A DNA stretch of 64,000 nt from an uncultured bacterium (GTDB lineage: Bacteria > Hydrothermota > Tepidihabitantia > B3-TA06 > CAYQJV01). The notes under the pieces are model-generated. The model saw only the letters and a program-made list of their open reading frames with translations. It was not told where the DNA came from and did no database searches. A program made the position numbers and the translations under genes. Where the stretch lies: assembly GCA_964417925.1 (NCBI GenBank), contig CAYQJV010000003.1:13941-77940 (forward strand). The letters run 5' to 3'. Of the stretch, positions 29,054-39,158 are shown one piece after another (within the stretch, counting starts at the first letter, position 1; each line of letters starts with the position of its first letter).

Positions 29054-29406
29054 TGAATAGAAAGGAGAAAATAGTTCTGTATTTTCTTTGTGTTATTCTT
29101 CTTTTGGGAATTATAGGAGAGTATGTAAAAAAGTTAAAGGAGGAAAAAGAAATAGAAAGAATTAAATTATACATGGAAGAGAAAACCACAGAGGAAGATA
29201 TCTTTCCTGTAGAGATTAATACCGCTTCTTTTGAAGAGTTGGTAAAGATTCCAGGAATAGGTCCAGTAATTGCAAACAGGATAATTGAAGAAAGGAGAAA
29301 AAAACCTTTTGAAAACATAAAGGAACTTTTGAGGGTAAAAGGAATAGGAAAGAAAAAGTTGAATATTATCAAAAATTATGTTATAATAAAAAAATGGGAA
29401 GAATAA
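29053..29406 (+). CDS. comEA: ComEA-type helix-hairpin-helix DNA-binding protein
   Basis: N-terminal TM segment, then VEINTASFEELVKIPGIGPVIANRIIEER...LLRVKGIGKKKL (tandem HhH). Confidence 0.7.
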   Translation: MNRKEKIVLYFLCVILLLGIIGEYVKKLKEEKEIERIKLYMEEKTTEEDIFPVEINTASFEELVKIPGIGPVIANRIIEERRKKPFENIKELLRVKGIGKKKLNIIKNYVIIKKWEE

Positions 29407-29780
29407 TGGCTGTTGATTATGGAGAGAAGAGGATAGGAATAGCAATAACCGATAAAGAGAAGAGAATAGCATTTCCAAAAGAAATTGTGAACAAGGAAAA
29501 AGCAACTGAGAGAATAAAAGAAATAGTTGAAAAAGAGGATGTGGAGGAGATAGTGTTTGGTTATCCTATAAATCTTAAAGGTATGAAGACGCAAATAACG
29601 AAGAACGCAGAAAGGTTTTATGAAGAACTGAAAAAAGTAATTAAAATTCCGATTGTTCTGATGGATGAAAGATTGACCTCTAAAATTGCAGAAAGATTCA
29701 GGAGTAAAAAAAGAGTTCCCTTAGATGATGTTGCAGCTTCTATTTTGCTTTCAGACTATCTGAGGAGGAGATATTCTTAA
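29394..29780 (+). CDS. ruvX: Holliday-junction-resolvase-like RNase YqgF/RuvX
   Basis: MGRIMAVDYGEKRIGIAITD... and the conserved C-terminus ...LMDERLTS...A..ILLSDYL. Confidence 0.85.
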   Translation: MGRIMAVDYGEKRIGIAITDKEKRIAFPKEIVNKEKATERIKEIVEKEDVEEIVFGYPINLKGMKTQITKNAERFYEELKKVIKIPIVLMDERLTSKIAERFRSKKRVPLDDVAASILLSDYLRRRYS

Positions 29781-29790
29781 AGATTTAGTT

Positions 29791-30744
29791 TTGCTTACAG
29801 CTTTGTCTTTGTTTTTTATCTTTTATTTTGATGTATTTGAGAAAGAGGGAGAAGAAGAAATAAAAATAAGGATTGAAAAAAACCTTTCCGCAAAGAAAAT
29901 AGCAAAATATCTTAAGCAAAAAGGAGTGATAAAAAGAGAACTACTATTCCTTGTTTTTGCAAAAATAACAGGAAAAGAAGATGAAATAAAGGCAGGAGTT
30001 TATAGGCTGAAAAAAAATACAGCAGAGTTTAGGGTTTTATCTTGGGTTTCAAAGGGACGTTTTGAGGGAATAAGGGTGACAATACCAGAGGGATTAACAA
30101 GAGCTGAAATTGCTCATATTCTTTTTCAAAAAAACATTACAGATAGCATTGAATTTATTAGGAAAACAGAGGATAGAAAGTTACTTAGGAAATACAGAAT
30201 CCCTTTCTCCTCCTTCGAAGGTTTTTTATTTCCCGATACCTACATATTTTTTGAAGACACTCCAGCAGAAAGAGTTATTTCAAAAATGGTTGAGAGATTT
30301 TTTGAAGTTTATGAGGAGATAGGAGGGAAGATGGAGAATTTAGATACTGTAGTTATTCTTGCATCTATTGTAGAGAAAGAAGCATTCTTTGAAAGTGAGA
30401 AGCCAATAATTGCCTCTGTTTACTGGAATAGGCTTAAAAAACATATGCGTCTTGAAGCAGACGTTACCGTTCAATATGCTCTTGGAAAGCATAAGAAAAG
30501 ACTTACATATGCTGATTTGAGGATAAACTCTCCTTATAATACATATCTTCATCCAGGACTTCCTCCTGGACCAATATGCTCTCCTGGAGAAAAATCTCTT
30601 GAAAGCGTGATAAATCCAGCAAGAACAGATTATCTGTATTTTGTTGCAAAGGGTGATGGAAGTCATATTTTTTCAAAAACCTTAGCAGAACATGAAAGGA
30701 ATAGAAAAAAATTAAGAAAAAAAAGGAGAAGATATGGAATATAA
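29791..30744 (+). CDS. mltG: Endolytic murein transglycosylase MltG (YceG family)
   Basis: N-terminal TM segment. YceG-like motifs PEGLTRAEIAHIL, YNTYLHPGLPPGPICSPGEKSLESVINP. Confidence 0.8.
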   Translation: MLTALSLFFIFYFDVFEKEGEEEIKIRIEKNLSAKKIAKYLKQKGVIKRELLFLVFAKITGKEDEIKAGVYRLKKNTAEFRVLSWVSKGRFEGIRVTIPEGLTRAEIAHILFQKNITDSIEFIRKTEDRKLLRKYRIPFSSFEGFLFPDTYIFFEDTPAERVISKMVERFFEVYEEIGGKMENLDTVVILASIVEKEAFFESEKPIIASVYWNRLKKHMRLEADVTVQYALGKHKKRLTYADLRINSPYNTYLHPGLPPGPICSPGEKSLESVINPARTDYLYFVAKGDGSHIFSKTLAEHERNRKKLRKKRRRYGI

Positions 30745-31807
30745 AATTCTTGTAATAAATCCTGGAGGGGGATCAACAAAAATAGCCTATTATGAAGATG
30801 AAAATGAGATAAGAAAGGAAACCATAAGGCATTCCCCAGAGGAACTTTCAAAGTTCCCCAATACTCTTTCTCAGCTCCCATACAGGAAAAGGATGATAGA
30901 GGTAAAACTTGCTGAATGGGGGATAGAAATATCTTCCCTCTCTGCTGTGGTTGGAAGAGGTGCTCCTTTAAAACCCCTTGAAAGCGGAACATACATTGTT
31001 AATGATAAGATGGTTCAGGATATAAAAGAGGGAAGAGTTCAAGCAGATCACCCTTCAAATTTAGGGGCTTTACTTGCAAAGGAGTTTGCTGATCCATATG
31101 GCATTCCTGCATTTATTGTAGACCCTGTTTCTGTTGATGAGTTTATTCCTGAGTCAAGAATTTCAGGGTTACCTGAGATAGAAAGGAAGAGTCTTTCGCA
31201 TGCGTTAAATATAAAGATGGTTGCAAGAAAGGCAGCAGAAGAAATGGGCAAAAAATATGAAGAACTCAATATGGTAGTTGTTCACCTTGGGACTGGAATA
31301 TCAGTGGGAGCACACAGGAAAGGTAAACAAATAGATGTAAACAATGCAAATGATGGAGGTCCTTTTTCTCCCCAAAGAACAGGTTCCCTTCCTGTTACTC
31401 AGCTTGTAAAGTTATGCTATTCGGGTAGATACACTGAAAAGCAGATGATAGAAAAGCTTACAAAGAAAGGAGGACTTTTAGCGTATCTTGGAACAGATGA
31501 TATTTCCGAAGTTGAGAAAAGAATAGACAGTGGAGATGAGTATGCAAAGCTTATTTATTCGGCAATGATAATACAGATTGCAAAGGAGATAGGCGCAATG
31601 TCTGCGGTTCTTGAGGGTGATGTTGATTGTATTGTAATTACAGGTGGTATGGCTCATTCTGAAAGGGTAGTTAATGAGATAAAAAAGAAAATAAAATTTA
31701 TAACAAAAAAAATCTTTGTATACCCAGGGGAAAACGAACTTGAAGCACTTGCCCTTGGGGCTTTGAGAGTTCTAAGAAAAGAAGAGGAGGCAAAGAATTA
31801 TGAGTGA
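30734..31807 (+). CDS. buk: Butyrate/branched-chain acyl kinase (acetate/butyrate kinase family)
   Basis: MEYKILVINPGGGSTKIAYYEDENE...HLGTGISVGAH...ITGGMAHSE. Confidence 0.8.
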   Translation: MEYKILVINPGGGSTKIAYYEDENEIRKETIRHSPEELSKFPNTLSQLPYRKRMIEVKLAEWGIEISSLSAVVGRGAPLKPLESGTYIVNDKMVQDIKEGRVQADHPSNLGALLAKEFADPYGIPAFIVDPVSVDEFIPESRISGLPEIERKSLSHALNIKMVARKAAEEMGKKYEELNMVVVHLGTGISVGAHRKGKQIDVNNANDGGPFSPQRTGSLPVTQLVKLCYSGRYTEKQMIEKLTKKGGLLAYLGTDDISEVEKRIDSGDEYAKLIYSAMIIQIAKEIGAMSAVLEGDVDCIVITGGMAHSERVVNEIKKKIKFITKKIFVYPGENELEALALGALRVLRKEEEAKNYE

Positions 31808-33563
31808 AAATAAAAAAGCATTTCTTTCAGGTGATGAGGCAGTAGCAAGGGGAGCTTATGAAGCAGGAGTTAAAGTTGCTGCTGCCTATCCTGGAACACC
31901 AAGTACAGAGATTCTTGAAGCGATATCACAGTATAAAGATGTGATATACTGTGAATGGTCTACAAATGAGAAGGTAGCTCTTGAGGTGTGTATTGGAGCT
32001 TCAATGGCAGGCGCAAGAGCTTTGTATGCTTCAAAGCATGTGGGAGTTAATGTTGCAGCAGATCCCATGTTTTCTGCCGCCTATATAGGAGCCAGAGGTG
32101 GGCTTGTAATTGTTACAGCAGATGATCCAGGTCTCCATTCATCTCAGAATGAACAGGATAACAGATTTTATGGGCTTTGTGCAAAAATACCTGTGCTTTC
32201 TCCTTCAGATTCTCAAGAGTGCAAAGATTTTACAAAACTTGCCTTTGAAATATCAGAACAGTTTGATATTCCAGTTATTGTAAGATTGACAACCAGAACT
32301 GCCCATGCAAAGGGAATAGTTACCCTTGAAGAAAGAAAGGAAGTAAGGACAAAAGGTTATAAAAAAGATATAAAGAAAAACTTGATACTTCCTGCTTTTG
32401 CTAAACTAAGGCATTACTCTCTTGAAGAAAGGCTTGAAAGATTGAGGAAATTCAGTAATGAAATCTCTATAAACAGAATAGAAGAAGGTGAAGAAGATTT
32501 TGGAATAATTGCAGATGGGGTGGCATATTACTATGCCAAAGAGGTATTCCCTTCTGCATGGTTTTTGAAACTTGGAATGGTGTATCCTCTTCCGGATGAG
32601 CTTGTTAAGGAGTTCGCAAAGAAAGTGAAAAAAATATATGTGGTTGAAGAGGTTGACCCATTTATAGAGCTACAGGTTAAAGCACTTGGGATAGAAGTGA
32701 TTGGTAAAGAGGTTATCCCAAGGGTTGATGAGCTTTCTCCTGAAAAGGTGTATTTCGCCATTAAAGGTGAGGAACCAGAGAATGTTGAAATACCTGATAT
32801 TCCAAAAAGACCTCCTGCTCTATGTCCAGGATGTGGGCACAGAACGGTTTTTCACATTCTTTCAAAGATGAAGGTGGTGATTACTGGAGATATTGGGTGT
32901 TACACTCTCGGAGCATTACCTCCACTTTCTGCTATGGATACATGTGTTGATATGGGAGCAGCAATTACAGTTGGCCACGGTATTGAAAAGGTAATAAAGG
33001 ATGTAGATGGTGAAAGGAAAGTAGTGGCAGTAATAGGAGATTCAACTTTTTTCCATTCGGGAATAACAGGGCTTATTGATGTTGTGTACAACAAAGGAAC
33101 ATCTACCGTCATTATTCTTGATAACCGAATAACCGCAATGACAGGACATCAGGATCATCCAGGTACAGGTAAAACTTTGATGGGCGAGAAGACAAAAGAG
33201 ATAAAACTTGAAGATATATGTAAAGCCTGCGGGGTTGAGCATGTTTTTGTCGTTGATCCTTATGACTATAATGCGACAAAGAAGGCAATTCAAGAAGCAG
33301 TGGCACTTGATGAACCTTCATGCGTTATTGTGAGAAGGCCATGTACTCTTTATGCAAGGCTCTTTTATCCTCCCTATGAGGTTGATAAAGATAAATGTAT
33401 TGGTTGTAAAATATGTGTAACTCTTGGCTGTCCTGCAATATCTTTTGATTCAAAAGAAAAGAAGGCAGAGATAAATAAAATTCTATGCTCCGGATGTTCA
33501 ATATGTGCTCAGCTCTGTCCTACAGATGCAATTTATCAGACAAAAGGAGGAAAAGATGCATAA
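31800..33563 (+). CDS. iorA: Indolepyruvate:ferredoxin oxidoreductase alpha subunit
   Basis: FLSGDEAVARGAYEAGVKVAAAYPGTPSTEILE. TPP region GDIGCYTLGA...IGDSTFFHSG. C-terminal 2x[4Fe-4S] CIGCKICV...CSGCSICAQLCP. Confidence 0.85.
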   Translation: MSENKKAFLSGDEAVARGAYEAGVKVAAAYPGTPSTEILEAISQYKDVIYCEWSTNEKVALEVCIGASMAGARALYASKHVGVNVAADPMFSAAYIGARGGLVIVTADDPGLHSSQNEQDNRFYGLCAKIPVLSPSDSQECKDFTKLAFEISEQFDIPVIVRLTTRTAHAKGIVTLEERKEVRTKGYKKDIKKNLILPAFAKLRHYSLEERLERLRKFSNEISINRIEEGEEDFGIIADGVAYYYAKEVFPSAWFLKLGMVYPLPDELVKEFAKKVKKIYVVEEVDPFIELQVKALGIEVIGKEVIPRVDELSPEKVYFAIKGEEPENVEIPDIPKRPPALCPGCGHRTVFHILSKMKVVITGDIGCYTLGALPPLSAMDTCVDMGAAITVGHGIEKVIKDVDGERKVVAVIGDSTFFHSGITGLIDVVYNKGTSTVIILDNRITAMTGHQDHPGTGKTLMGEKTKEIKLEDICKACGVEHVFVVDPYDYNATKKAIQEAVALDEPSCVIVRRPCTLYARLFYPPYEVDKDKCIGCKICVTLGCPAISFDSKEKKAEINKILCSGCSICAQLCPTDAIYQTKGGKDA

Positions 33564-34140
33564 AAATACAAGTATTTTAATTGTAGGTGTAGGAGGGCAA
33601 GGTATTTTAAGACTCTCCGATATTCTGTGTGAGGTAGCAATGGGGAAAGGTTATGATGTTAAGAAGAGCGAAGTTCATGGTATGGCACAACGTGGGGGAA
33701 GTGTAAGTTCTCATGTGAGATTTGGAGAAAGAGTATACTCTCCTTTAATCCCAAAAGGAAAGGCGAACTTTTTGGTTGCTTTGGAACAACTTGAAGCTTT
33801 GAGATTTATTGAGTATCTTGACAGAGAAAATGGCTATCTTTTCTATGATCCCCTTGCAATTCCCCCTCCAGAGGTGTATACTGGGGAAAGAGACTATCCT
33901 TTAGTTGAAAAAAAGTTATTTGAGTTTGCCAAAAATGTGGTGAAAGTTCCATGTTTTGAAAAGGCCCTTGAACTTGGGAATGTAAGGGTTCAGAATGTTG
34001 TGATGCTTGGGGTGCTTTCAAAATACTTGAAGATTGAAGATGAATACTATATACACGCAATAAAAAAGGTATTTAAGGAGAAGTTTTGGGAGCTTAACAT
34101 AAAGGCGTTTGAGGAGGGAAAGAAACTTGCGGATAGATGA
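33556..34140 (+). CDS. iorB: Indolepyruvate:ferredoxin oxidoreductase beta subunit
   Basis: ILIVGVGGQGIL...HGMAQRGGSV. Start taken at ATG 33556 (GGAGG at 33546-33550), which overlaps the iorA stop. The ORF track begins at 33505. Confidence 0.8.
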   Translation: MHKNTSILIVGVGGQGILRLSDILCEVAMGKGYDVKKSEVHGMAQRGGSVSSHVRFGERVYSPLIPKGKANFLVALEQLEALRFIEYLDRENGYLFYDPLAIPPPEVYTGERDYPLVEKKLFEFAKNVVKVPCFEKALELGNVRVQNVVMLGVLSKYLKIEDEYYIHAIKKVFKEKFWELNIKAFEEGKKLADR

Positions 34141-35846
34141 AAAGAAGATGGGTATGTAAAGAGATAGATAAAAAGGAAATAGAGGATATTCAGAAAGAGT
34201 TAGGAATTCCTTATCTTCCTGCTTTAATTTTGTATTCAAGAGGTTTAAAGGATAAAGAAAAGATAGATATCTTTCTGCAAAAAAACTACTCCGTTCTGCT
34301 TGAACATCTACATTCTCCTTGGAAATTTTCAGATATGAAAAAAGCTGTGGCAAGACTTATTATTGCACGAGAAAAAAGAGAAAAAATACTTATTTACGGA
34401 GACTATGATGTAGATGGAATAACTGGAACTGCTTTACTTGTAAAGGTTTTAAGAAAACTTGGATTTTATGTTGATTTCTATATTCCCCATAGATTAAAGG
34501 AAGGTTATGGATTGTCAATAGATGGAGTAAAGTTTGCAAAAGAAAACGGGTTTTCTCTTATCGTTACAAATGATTGTGGAATTACAGCAGTAAAGGAGGT
34601 GGAGTTTGCTAATGAGAATAAAATAGATGTAATAATTCTTGATCACCATGAACCAAAAGATACTTTACCTCCTGCATATGCAATTCTCAATCCAAAACTC
34701 GATAAAAACTATCCTTTTAGGGAACTTGCAGGAGTAGGTGTTGCTTTAAAACTTTTATATGCCTTGATCGAAACAACAGGTTATAATCCAAAGAGTGTTT
34801 ATAATCATCTTGATATGGTTGCCCTTGGAACTATTGCAGATGTTGTTCCTCTTATTGATGAAAACAGAATAATTGCAAAGGTTGGTCTTGCTCTTTTAAG
34901 GAAGGGGAGAAATGAAAATTTGAGAATTCTTTCTATGGTGGCAGGGATAAAGCCAAGCAACATAACTCCTTATCATATTTCTTTTATTTTAGGACCAAGA
35001 TTGAATGCCTCCGGAAGAATTTCAGATGCTGTCAAAGGAGTTGAACTATTAATAAGCAAATCAAAAGATGAAATAATAAGACTTGCCCAAGAACTTGAAA
35101 AACTCAACCGAAGAAGAAAAAATATTGAGGATGAGGTTTTAAGAGATGCAAGAATAAAGGTGGAAAGAAAGTTGAAAGAATCTGCAAGATATGTAATAGT
35201 ACTTGGGAATGAAGGATGGCATGAAGGGGTTATTGGGATTGTTGCATCAAAAATTTCTGAAGAGTTTTACAGACCCGCAATTATACTTTCATTTAAGGAG
35301 GATGTAGCAAAAGGGTCTGCAAGAAGCATTCCAGATTTTTCAATATACGAAGCACTTAAATTCTGTGAGGAAGTTCTTCTATCTTTTGGAGGTCATGAAG
35401 GTGCAGCAGGAGTTTTACTTGAAAGAAATCTTGTAGATGAATTGGAAAGATTGCTTAACATCTATGCGTCAAAACTTCCCAAAGAAATTTTTGTGCCAAA
35501 ACTCAGGATAGATGCTTATGTTTCTTTAAAAGATGTAACAAAGGAAGCTTTTGACATTTTAAAAGATTTTTCTCCTTTTGGAGTTGGAAATCCAGAGCCG
35601 GTTTTTGCAATAAGGGGAGCAGAGGTGGTAGGCTATCCTAGGGTTATTAAAGAAAGACATCTAAAATTTACTGTAAGACAAGGAGACCACCATGTTCCTG
35701 CAATTCTTCCTGAGGGAGCAGAGCTTATAACAGAGATTGAAACAGGGAAAAAAGACCACCTTGACATAGCCTTTAAAGTAACCGAAGATAATTTTTGGGG
35801 GAAAAACACCCTTATCCTGCAGGTTGAAGACATACGTTTAAGATAA
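34137..35846 (+). CDS. recJ: Single-stranded-DNA-specific 5'-3' exonuclease RecJ
   Basis: DHH motifs LIYGDYDVDGITG, ILDHHEP. GGHEGAAG DHHA1 region. OB-fold C-terminus. Confidence 0.85.
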   Translation: MKRRWVCKEIDKKEIEDIQKELGIPYLPALILYSRGLKDKEKIDIFLQKNYSVLLEHLHSPWKFSDMKKAVARLIIAREKREKILIYGDYDVDGITGTALLVKVLRKLGFYVDFYIPHRLKEGYGLSIDGVKFAKENGFSLIVTNDCGITAVKEVEFANENKIDVIILDHHEPKDTLPPAYAILNPKLDKNYPFRELAGVGVALKLLYALIETTGYNPKSVYNHLDMVALGTIADVVPLIDENRIIAKVGLALLRKGRNENLRILSMVAGIKPSNITPYHISFILGPRLNASGRISDAVKGVELLISKSKDEIIRLAQELEKLNRRRKNIEDEVLRDARIKVERKLKESARYVIVLGNEGWHEGVIGIVASKISEEFYRPAIILSFKEDVAKGSARSIPDFSIYEALKFCEEVLLSFGGHEGAAGVLLERNLVDELERLLNIYASKLPKEIFVPKLRIDAYVSLKDVTKEAFDILKDFSPFGVGNPEPVFAIRGAEVVGYPRVIKERHLKFTVRQGDHHVPAILPEGAELITEIETGKKDHLDIAFKVTEDNFWGKNTLILQVEDIRLR

Positions 35847-35908
35847 GCTATAAAAATATAGAAATAAGATTTTACGGTAAAAAAGATGATGTTAAGTTAT
35901 GTAAAGAT

Positions 35909-36454
35909 GTGTGTGAAAAAGTTGCAGAGATGAATCAGAAACATACCGCAATGGTTATAGATGTAAAGAGTGAAGGTATATATGAGGCAGATGGTTTAAT
36001 AACAGATGAAAAGAATCTTGCTCTATGTGTAAGAGTTGCAGATTGCTATCCTGTTTTCCTTTTTTCCGAGGATGAGAAAATAAAAGGAGTCTTGCATGCT
36101 GGGTGGAGAGGGGTATACAGAGGAATTATTGAGAATGGAGTGAAACTTTTTAAAAAATTTACACAAAAAAGGATTTTTTATGCTGTAGGTCCTGGGATAT
36201 GTGGTAAATGTTATGAAGTGGGGAAAGAATTCCTTGATTATTTTAAAGATTATCCATATGTTTTTGAAAAAAAGAAAAACAAGTTATTTTTGCACCTTTT
36301 AAAGTTGATAGAGGAGAAGATGAAAAGGCTTGGGGTTGTTAGGTACAAGGTTTTAAAACTGTGTACTTTTGAAAATAAAGATTTTTATTCTTCCAGAAGA
36401 GGCGATAGAGAAAAAAGAAATATCTGCGTGATACTTCACAAGAAGAGTGAGTAA
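35909..36454 (+). CDS. pgeF: PgeF/YfiH-family (DUF152) purine nucleoside phosphorylase / peptidoglycan editing factor
   Basis: ADCYPVFLF and HAGWRG motifs, plus the C-terminal Cys-His region GPGICGKCYEVG. Confidence 0.7.
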   Translation: MCEKVAEMNQKHTAMVIDVKSEGIYEADGLITDEKNLALCVRVADCYPVFLFSEDEKIKGVLHAGWRGVYRGIIENGVKLFKKFTQKRIFYAVGPGICGKCYEVGKEFLDYFKDYPYVFEKKKNKLFLHLLKLIEEKMKRLGVVRYKVLKLCTFENKDFYSSRRGDREKRNICVILHKKSE

Positions 36455-36546
36455 AGGTAAAGAATGACGTTCAAATAATAAAGGTTATCAGTGATACATA
36501 AGGAAAATGGTGGTTCTGCAAATGTACTGTGATGTTCTGTGCTTCC

Positions 36547-36574
36547 TTGACAGTAACCAATAATAAGGTATAAT
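36547..36574 (+). promoter_or_regulatory. Sigma70-like promoter TTGACA-16-TATAAT upstream of NYN gene (40-nt leader with GGAGG)
   Basis: TTGACA at 36547-36552, TATAAT at 36569-36574, ATG at 36615. Confidence 0.4.
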
Positions 36575-36614
36575 TTTTTAACAAAAGTATTTAAATAGAT
36601 GATGGAGGTAAAGA

Positions 36615-37268
36615 ATGCAGAGAAAACAACGTACATGTATAATTCCTGTTTTTCAAAGAATAGCAATTTTTATTGATGGATGGAACTTTAAATATGCCAC
36701 ATACGATGCTTTTGGAATTCAAGTTGATTATAAAAAATTACTTGATTTTTTCTCAAAAGATGCTATTCTTATTCGTGCTTATTATTATACAGGTGAATGG
36801 GACGATACATCCATAGAGCATTATCTGAAGCTTACATCTCCTTCTGATCCTGAAGCCAAGAGGGCAGAACTTCTGCACCACAGAGAGGAACAGCAGAAGT
36901 TCTGGAGATTTTTAAGTAGAAATGGATACAGAGTGGTTAAGAAACCAATAAAAATAGTTAAAAATGTACAGGGTGATGTACAACTCAAGGCAGATCTTGA
37001 CCTTGAGATTGCAATTGATATGTTAAGTCTTGCTGATAAATGTGATAAAGAGATTCTCGTCTCAGGGGATGGGGATTTTACTCCTCTGGTATATGCAGTA
37101 GGAGAAAAAGGAGTTAGAGTTGCAGTAGTGAGTACTCAACATCCGGATGCGTACAAAAAGGCAAATTATAGGGCTTCGGATGATTTACTTGATGCTGCGG
37201 ATGAATTTATCCCTATTGAAAATATAAAAGATTTTATAAAAAGAGAAGATAAAAAAGAAATAATTTGA
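36615..37268 (+). CDS. NYN-domain (LabA-like, COG1432) protein
   Basis: IAIFIDGWNFKYA...ILIRAYYYTG...ILVSGDGDFTPLV is a typical NYN/PIN-like core. Confidence 0.7.
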   Translation: MQRKQRTCIIPVFQRIAIFIDGWNFKYATYDAFGIQVDYKKLLDFFSKDAILIRAYYYTGEWDDTSIEHYLKLTSPSDPEAKRAELLHHREEQQKFWRFLSRNGYRVVKKPIKIVKNVQGDVQLKADLDLEIAIDMLSLADKCDKEILVSGDGDFTPLVYAVGEKGVRVAVVSTQHPDAYKKANYRASDDLLDAADEFIPIENIKDFIKREDKKEII

Positions 37269-37293
37269 AAAATTATAACAAAAAGGAGGTATT

Positions 37294-38478
37294 ATGATCA
37301 TTTTTTGTGGCGTAATTGTTTTTATCTATCCACTGGCAAGTAACATAAGTCTTAGAGATTACAAAGTGCCTGTGAGTAGTGCGCGAAGTTCATTTGTTTC
37401 GGGAATGCTTTATCTACAGGATAGAGAGGATAGTATTCCCATTGGTGGTGTGGGGACCTTTGCCTTTGATTTTAATAAATTTTATTCTTCTTTGCCTTTT
37501 GCCTATGATATTACATTTCATTTGAGAACAGATGCTCAGTATCCTGAGCGTTTTGAAATAAATGATACAACAATGAGAGAGGATACCTTTAGCACCCATA
37601 GTGTATACACAGTGCAGTTAAGTGGGCAGATGAACAAATATCTCTTTAAAGGGAAGGATTTTTTTGGATTTACAAAACTGGATTATACTCAACAAACAGT
37701 GTATTACCAACCGGATATTGAAATCATAGGAGGTTTTGGAATAGGAAGATTTATAAATGCTACCCCTCTTGCAAGAGCAATAAGAATAGAAGAAGAGTTG
37801 AAAAAAGAGGGGGTGCTGGTTGGGGATATACCTTATGGGGTGCTATTAAAATTTGCAAAGCATCTTGCTCCTGAAGTTCAGAAGAAATACCAAGAGGAGT
37901 TTTATTACTGGGAAAGGGAATATTATGCAACACTTGAGGAGATCCTGAAATCATCGGGTGTATTGAAAAACCAGGAACTGGGAAGTACTGGTACCTTAGT
38001 TATAAATGATATAATGAATGAGTTTATAGCAGAAAGATATTACGGAACTGAGTTTGCCTTAGGGATAGGATACGAAATTTCAAATCCTGCTCAGTATGAT
38101 ACCATTCATGACGTGTTTATTGAGTTTGCAGAAAAATTCGCTACACCACTTGATATAAAATCTCAGTTTATTCAGTCCTTTTCCCTTCAGTTTCCATTTA
38201 CAGGAGGCAAACTTGGCAATGAACTTTCTTCAAGTTTTATGATTAAATTTTCTTATGAAGTGAGTAATAAAATAGATTTCGTAGGTGCTTACTATCTGAA
38301 TGCCACTATACAGAGGGAAGGAGGAAGAATTTACCATGAGCATGAAGGAGATATCACATTCATCTATACCATAATTAACAGACTTGACCTTACCAATACA
38401 ATCTCTGTGAGAAGGCCTTCTGGTATAGAGAGGTTCGATTGGGAGTTCAGGACCGAGTTAAAATACCGCATATTATAA
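37294..38478 (+). CDS. Hypothetical secreted/outer-membrane protein
   Basis: N-terminal hydrophobic signal-like segment. The C-terminal half is rich in amphipathic beta-like segments. No recognised motif. Confidence 0.3.
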   Translation: MIIFCGVIVFIYPLASNISLRDYKVPVSSARSSFVSGMLYLQDREDSIPIGGVGTFAFDFNKFYSSLPFAYDITFHLRTDAQYPERFEINDTTMREDTFSTHSVYTVQLSGQMNKYLFKGKDFFGFTKLDYTQQTVYYQPDIEIIGGFGIGRFINATPLARAIRIEEELKKEGVLVGDIPYGVLLKFAKHLAPEVQKKYQEEFYYWEREYYATLEEILKSSGVLKNQELGSTGTLVINDIMNEFIAERYYGTEFALGIGYEISNPAQYDTIHDVFIEFAEKFATPLDIKSQFIQSFSLQFPFTGGKLGNELSSSFMIKFSYEVSNKIDFVGAYYLNATIQREGGRIYHEHEGDITFIYTIINRLDLTNTISVRRPSGIERFDWEFRTELKYRIL

Positions 38479-39158
38479 GACATTTAGATTATTATCTTGA
38501 CTTTTTAAAAAAATTATGGAAGGAATATAGAGAACAGTTAATCGTTACTTTAACCATATGTGTGGTAATTCTTTTTACAAAGTATCACCCGATATACAGA
38601 GTTTTCCCACCCGATGTACCACGAATATTGATAAGAATGGTATATCAACCTTTACTTTTTTTGATAGGTCCTATTTTTACATTTATACTTATAGGAAAAG
38701 GATTTAGAGAGTTTGGGTTTATACCTAAGAAAATAAAATTCTGGTGGAGGGATTTTCTGCTGTTCTACTTTGTAATGCTGGTCCTTGTAATTTTAGTATG
38801 CAGAACCAGAACTTTTCAATATACCTATCCGCTTTTTAAACATGCTGAAAAAAGTTTTAAGCCTTTTATTATGTGGGAGATGGTGCATCTTTTTTACATG
38901 TTTGGCTGGGAATTTCTCTGGAGAGGTTATTTATTATTTTCCATTAGGAGAAAGGCAGGAGATGTAATTGCTGTTCTTATTCAGACGATTCCTTTTGCCC
39001 TGCTTCATGTAGGAAAGCCAGAATTGGAAGCATATGGCTCCATAATTGCAGGAATATTCCTCGGAGTTCTTGCAATAAAAAGCAATAGTTTTATTCCAGG
39101 GGCAATTCTTCATTTTTTAGTGGCTTTAACAATGGATGTGCTGGCTGTGATGTTTTAA
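38439..39158 (+). CDS. CPBP-family (CAAX protease-like) intramembrane metalloprotease
   Basis: Multi-TM protein with motif 1 GWEFLWRGYLL (EExxxR-like), motif 2 PFALLHV (FxxxH) and motif 3 HFLVAL. The start is uncertain because it overlaps the upstream ORF. Confidence 0.6.
   Translation: MGVQDRVKIPHIIRHLDYYLDFLKKLWKEYREQLIVTLTICVVILFTKYHPIYRVFPPDVPRILIRMVYQPLLFLIGPIFTFILIGKGFREFGFIPKKIKFWWRDFLLFYFVMLVLVILVCRTRTFQYTYPLFKHAEKSFKPFIMWEMVHLFYMFGWEFLWRGYLLFSIRRKAGDVIAVLIQTIPFALLHVGKPELEAYGSIIAGIFLGVLAIKSNSFIPGAILHFLVALTMDVLAVMF

Noticed and set aside
35909-36454. PgeF appearing N-terminally short (181 aa)
   Set aside because: Both catalytic motifs (ADCYPV, HAGWRG) and the C-terminal Cys/His region are present. 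The difference is plausibly start-codon choice or lineage variation rather than a truncation.
36449-36618. Repeated GGTAAAGAATG at the pgeF stop and the NYN start
   Set aside because: It is just two copies of an 11-mer spanning an SD-like GGAGGTAAAGAATG. This is most simply a coincidental RBS context, not a repeat element.
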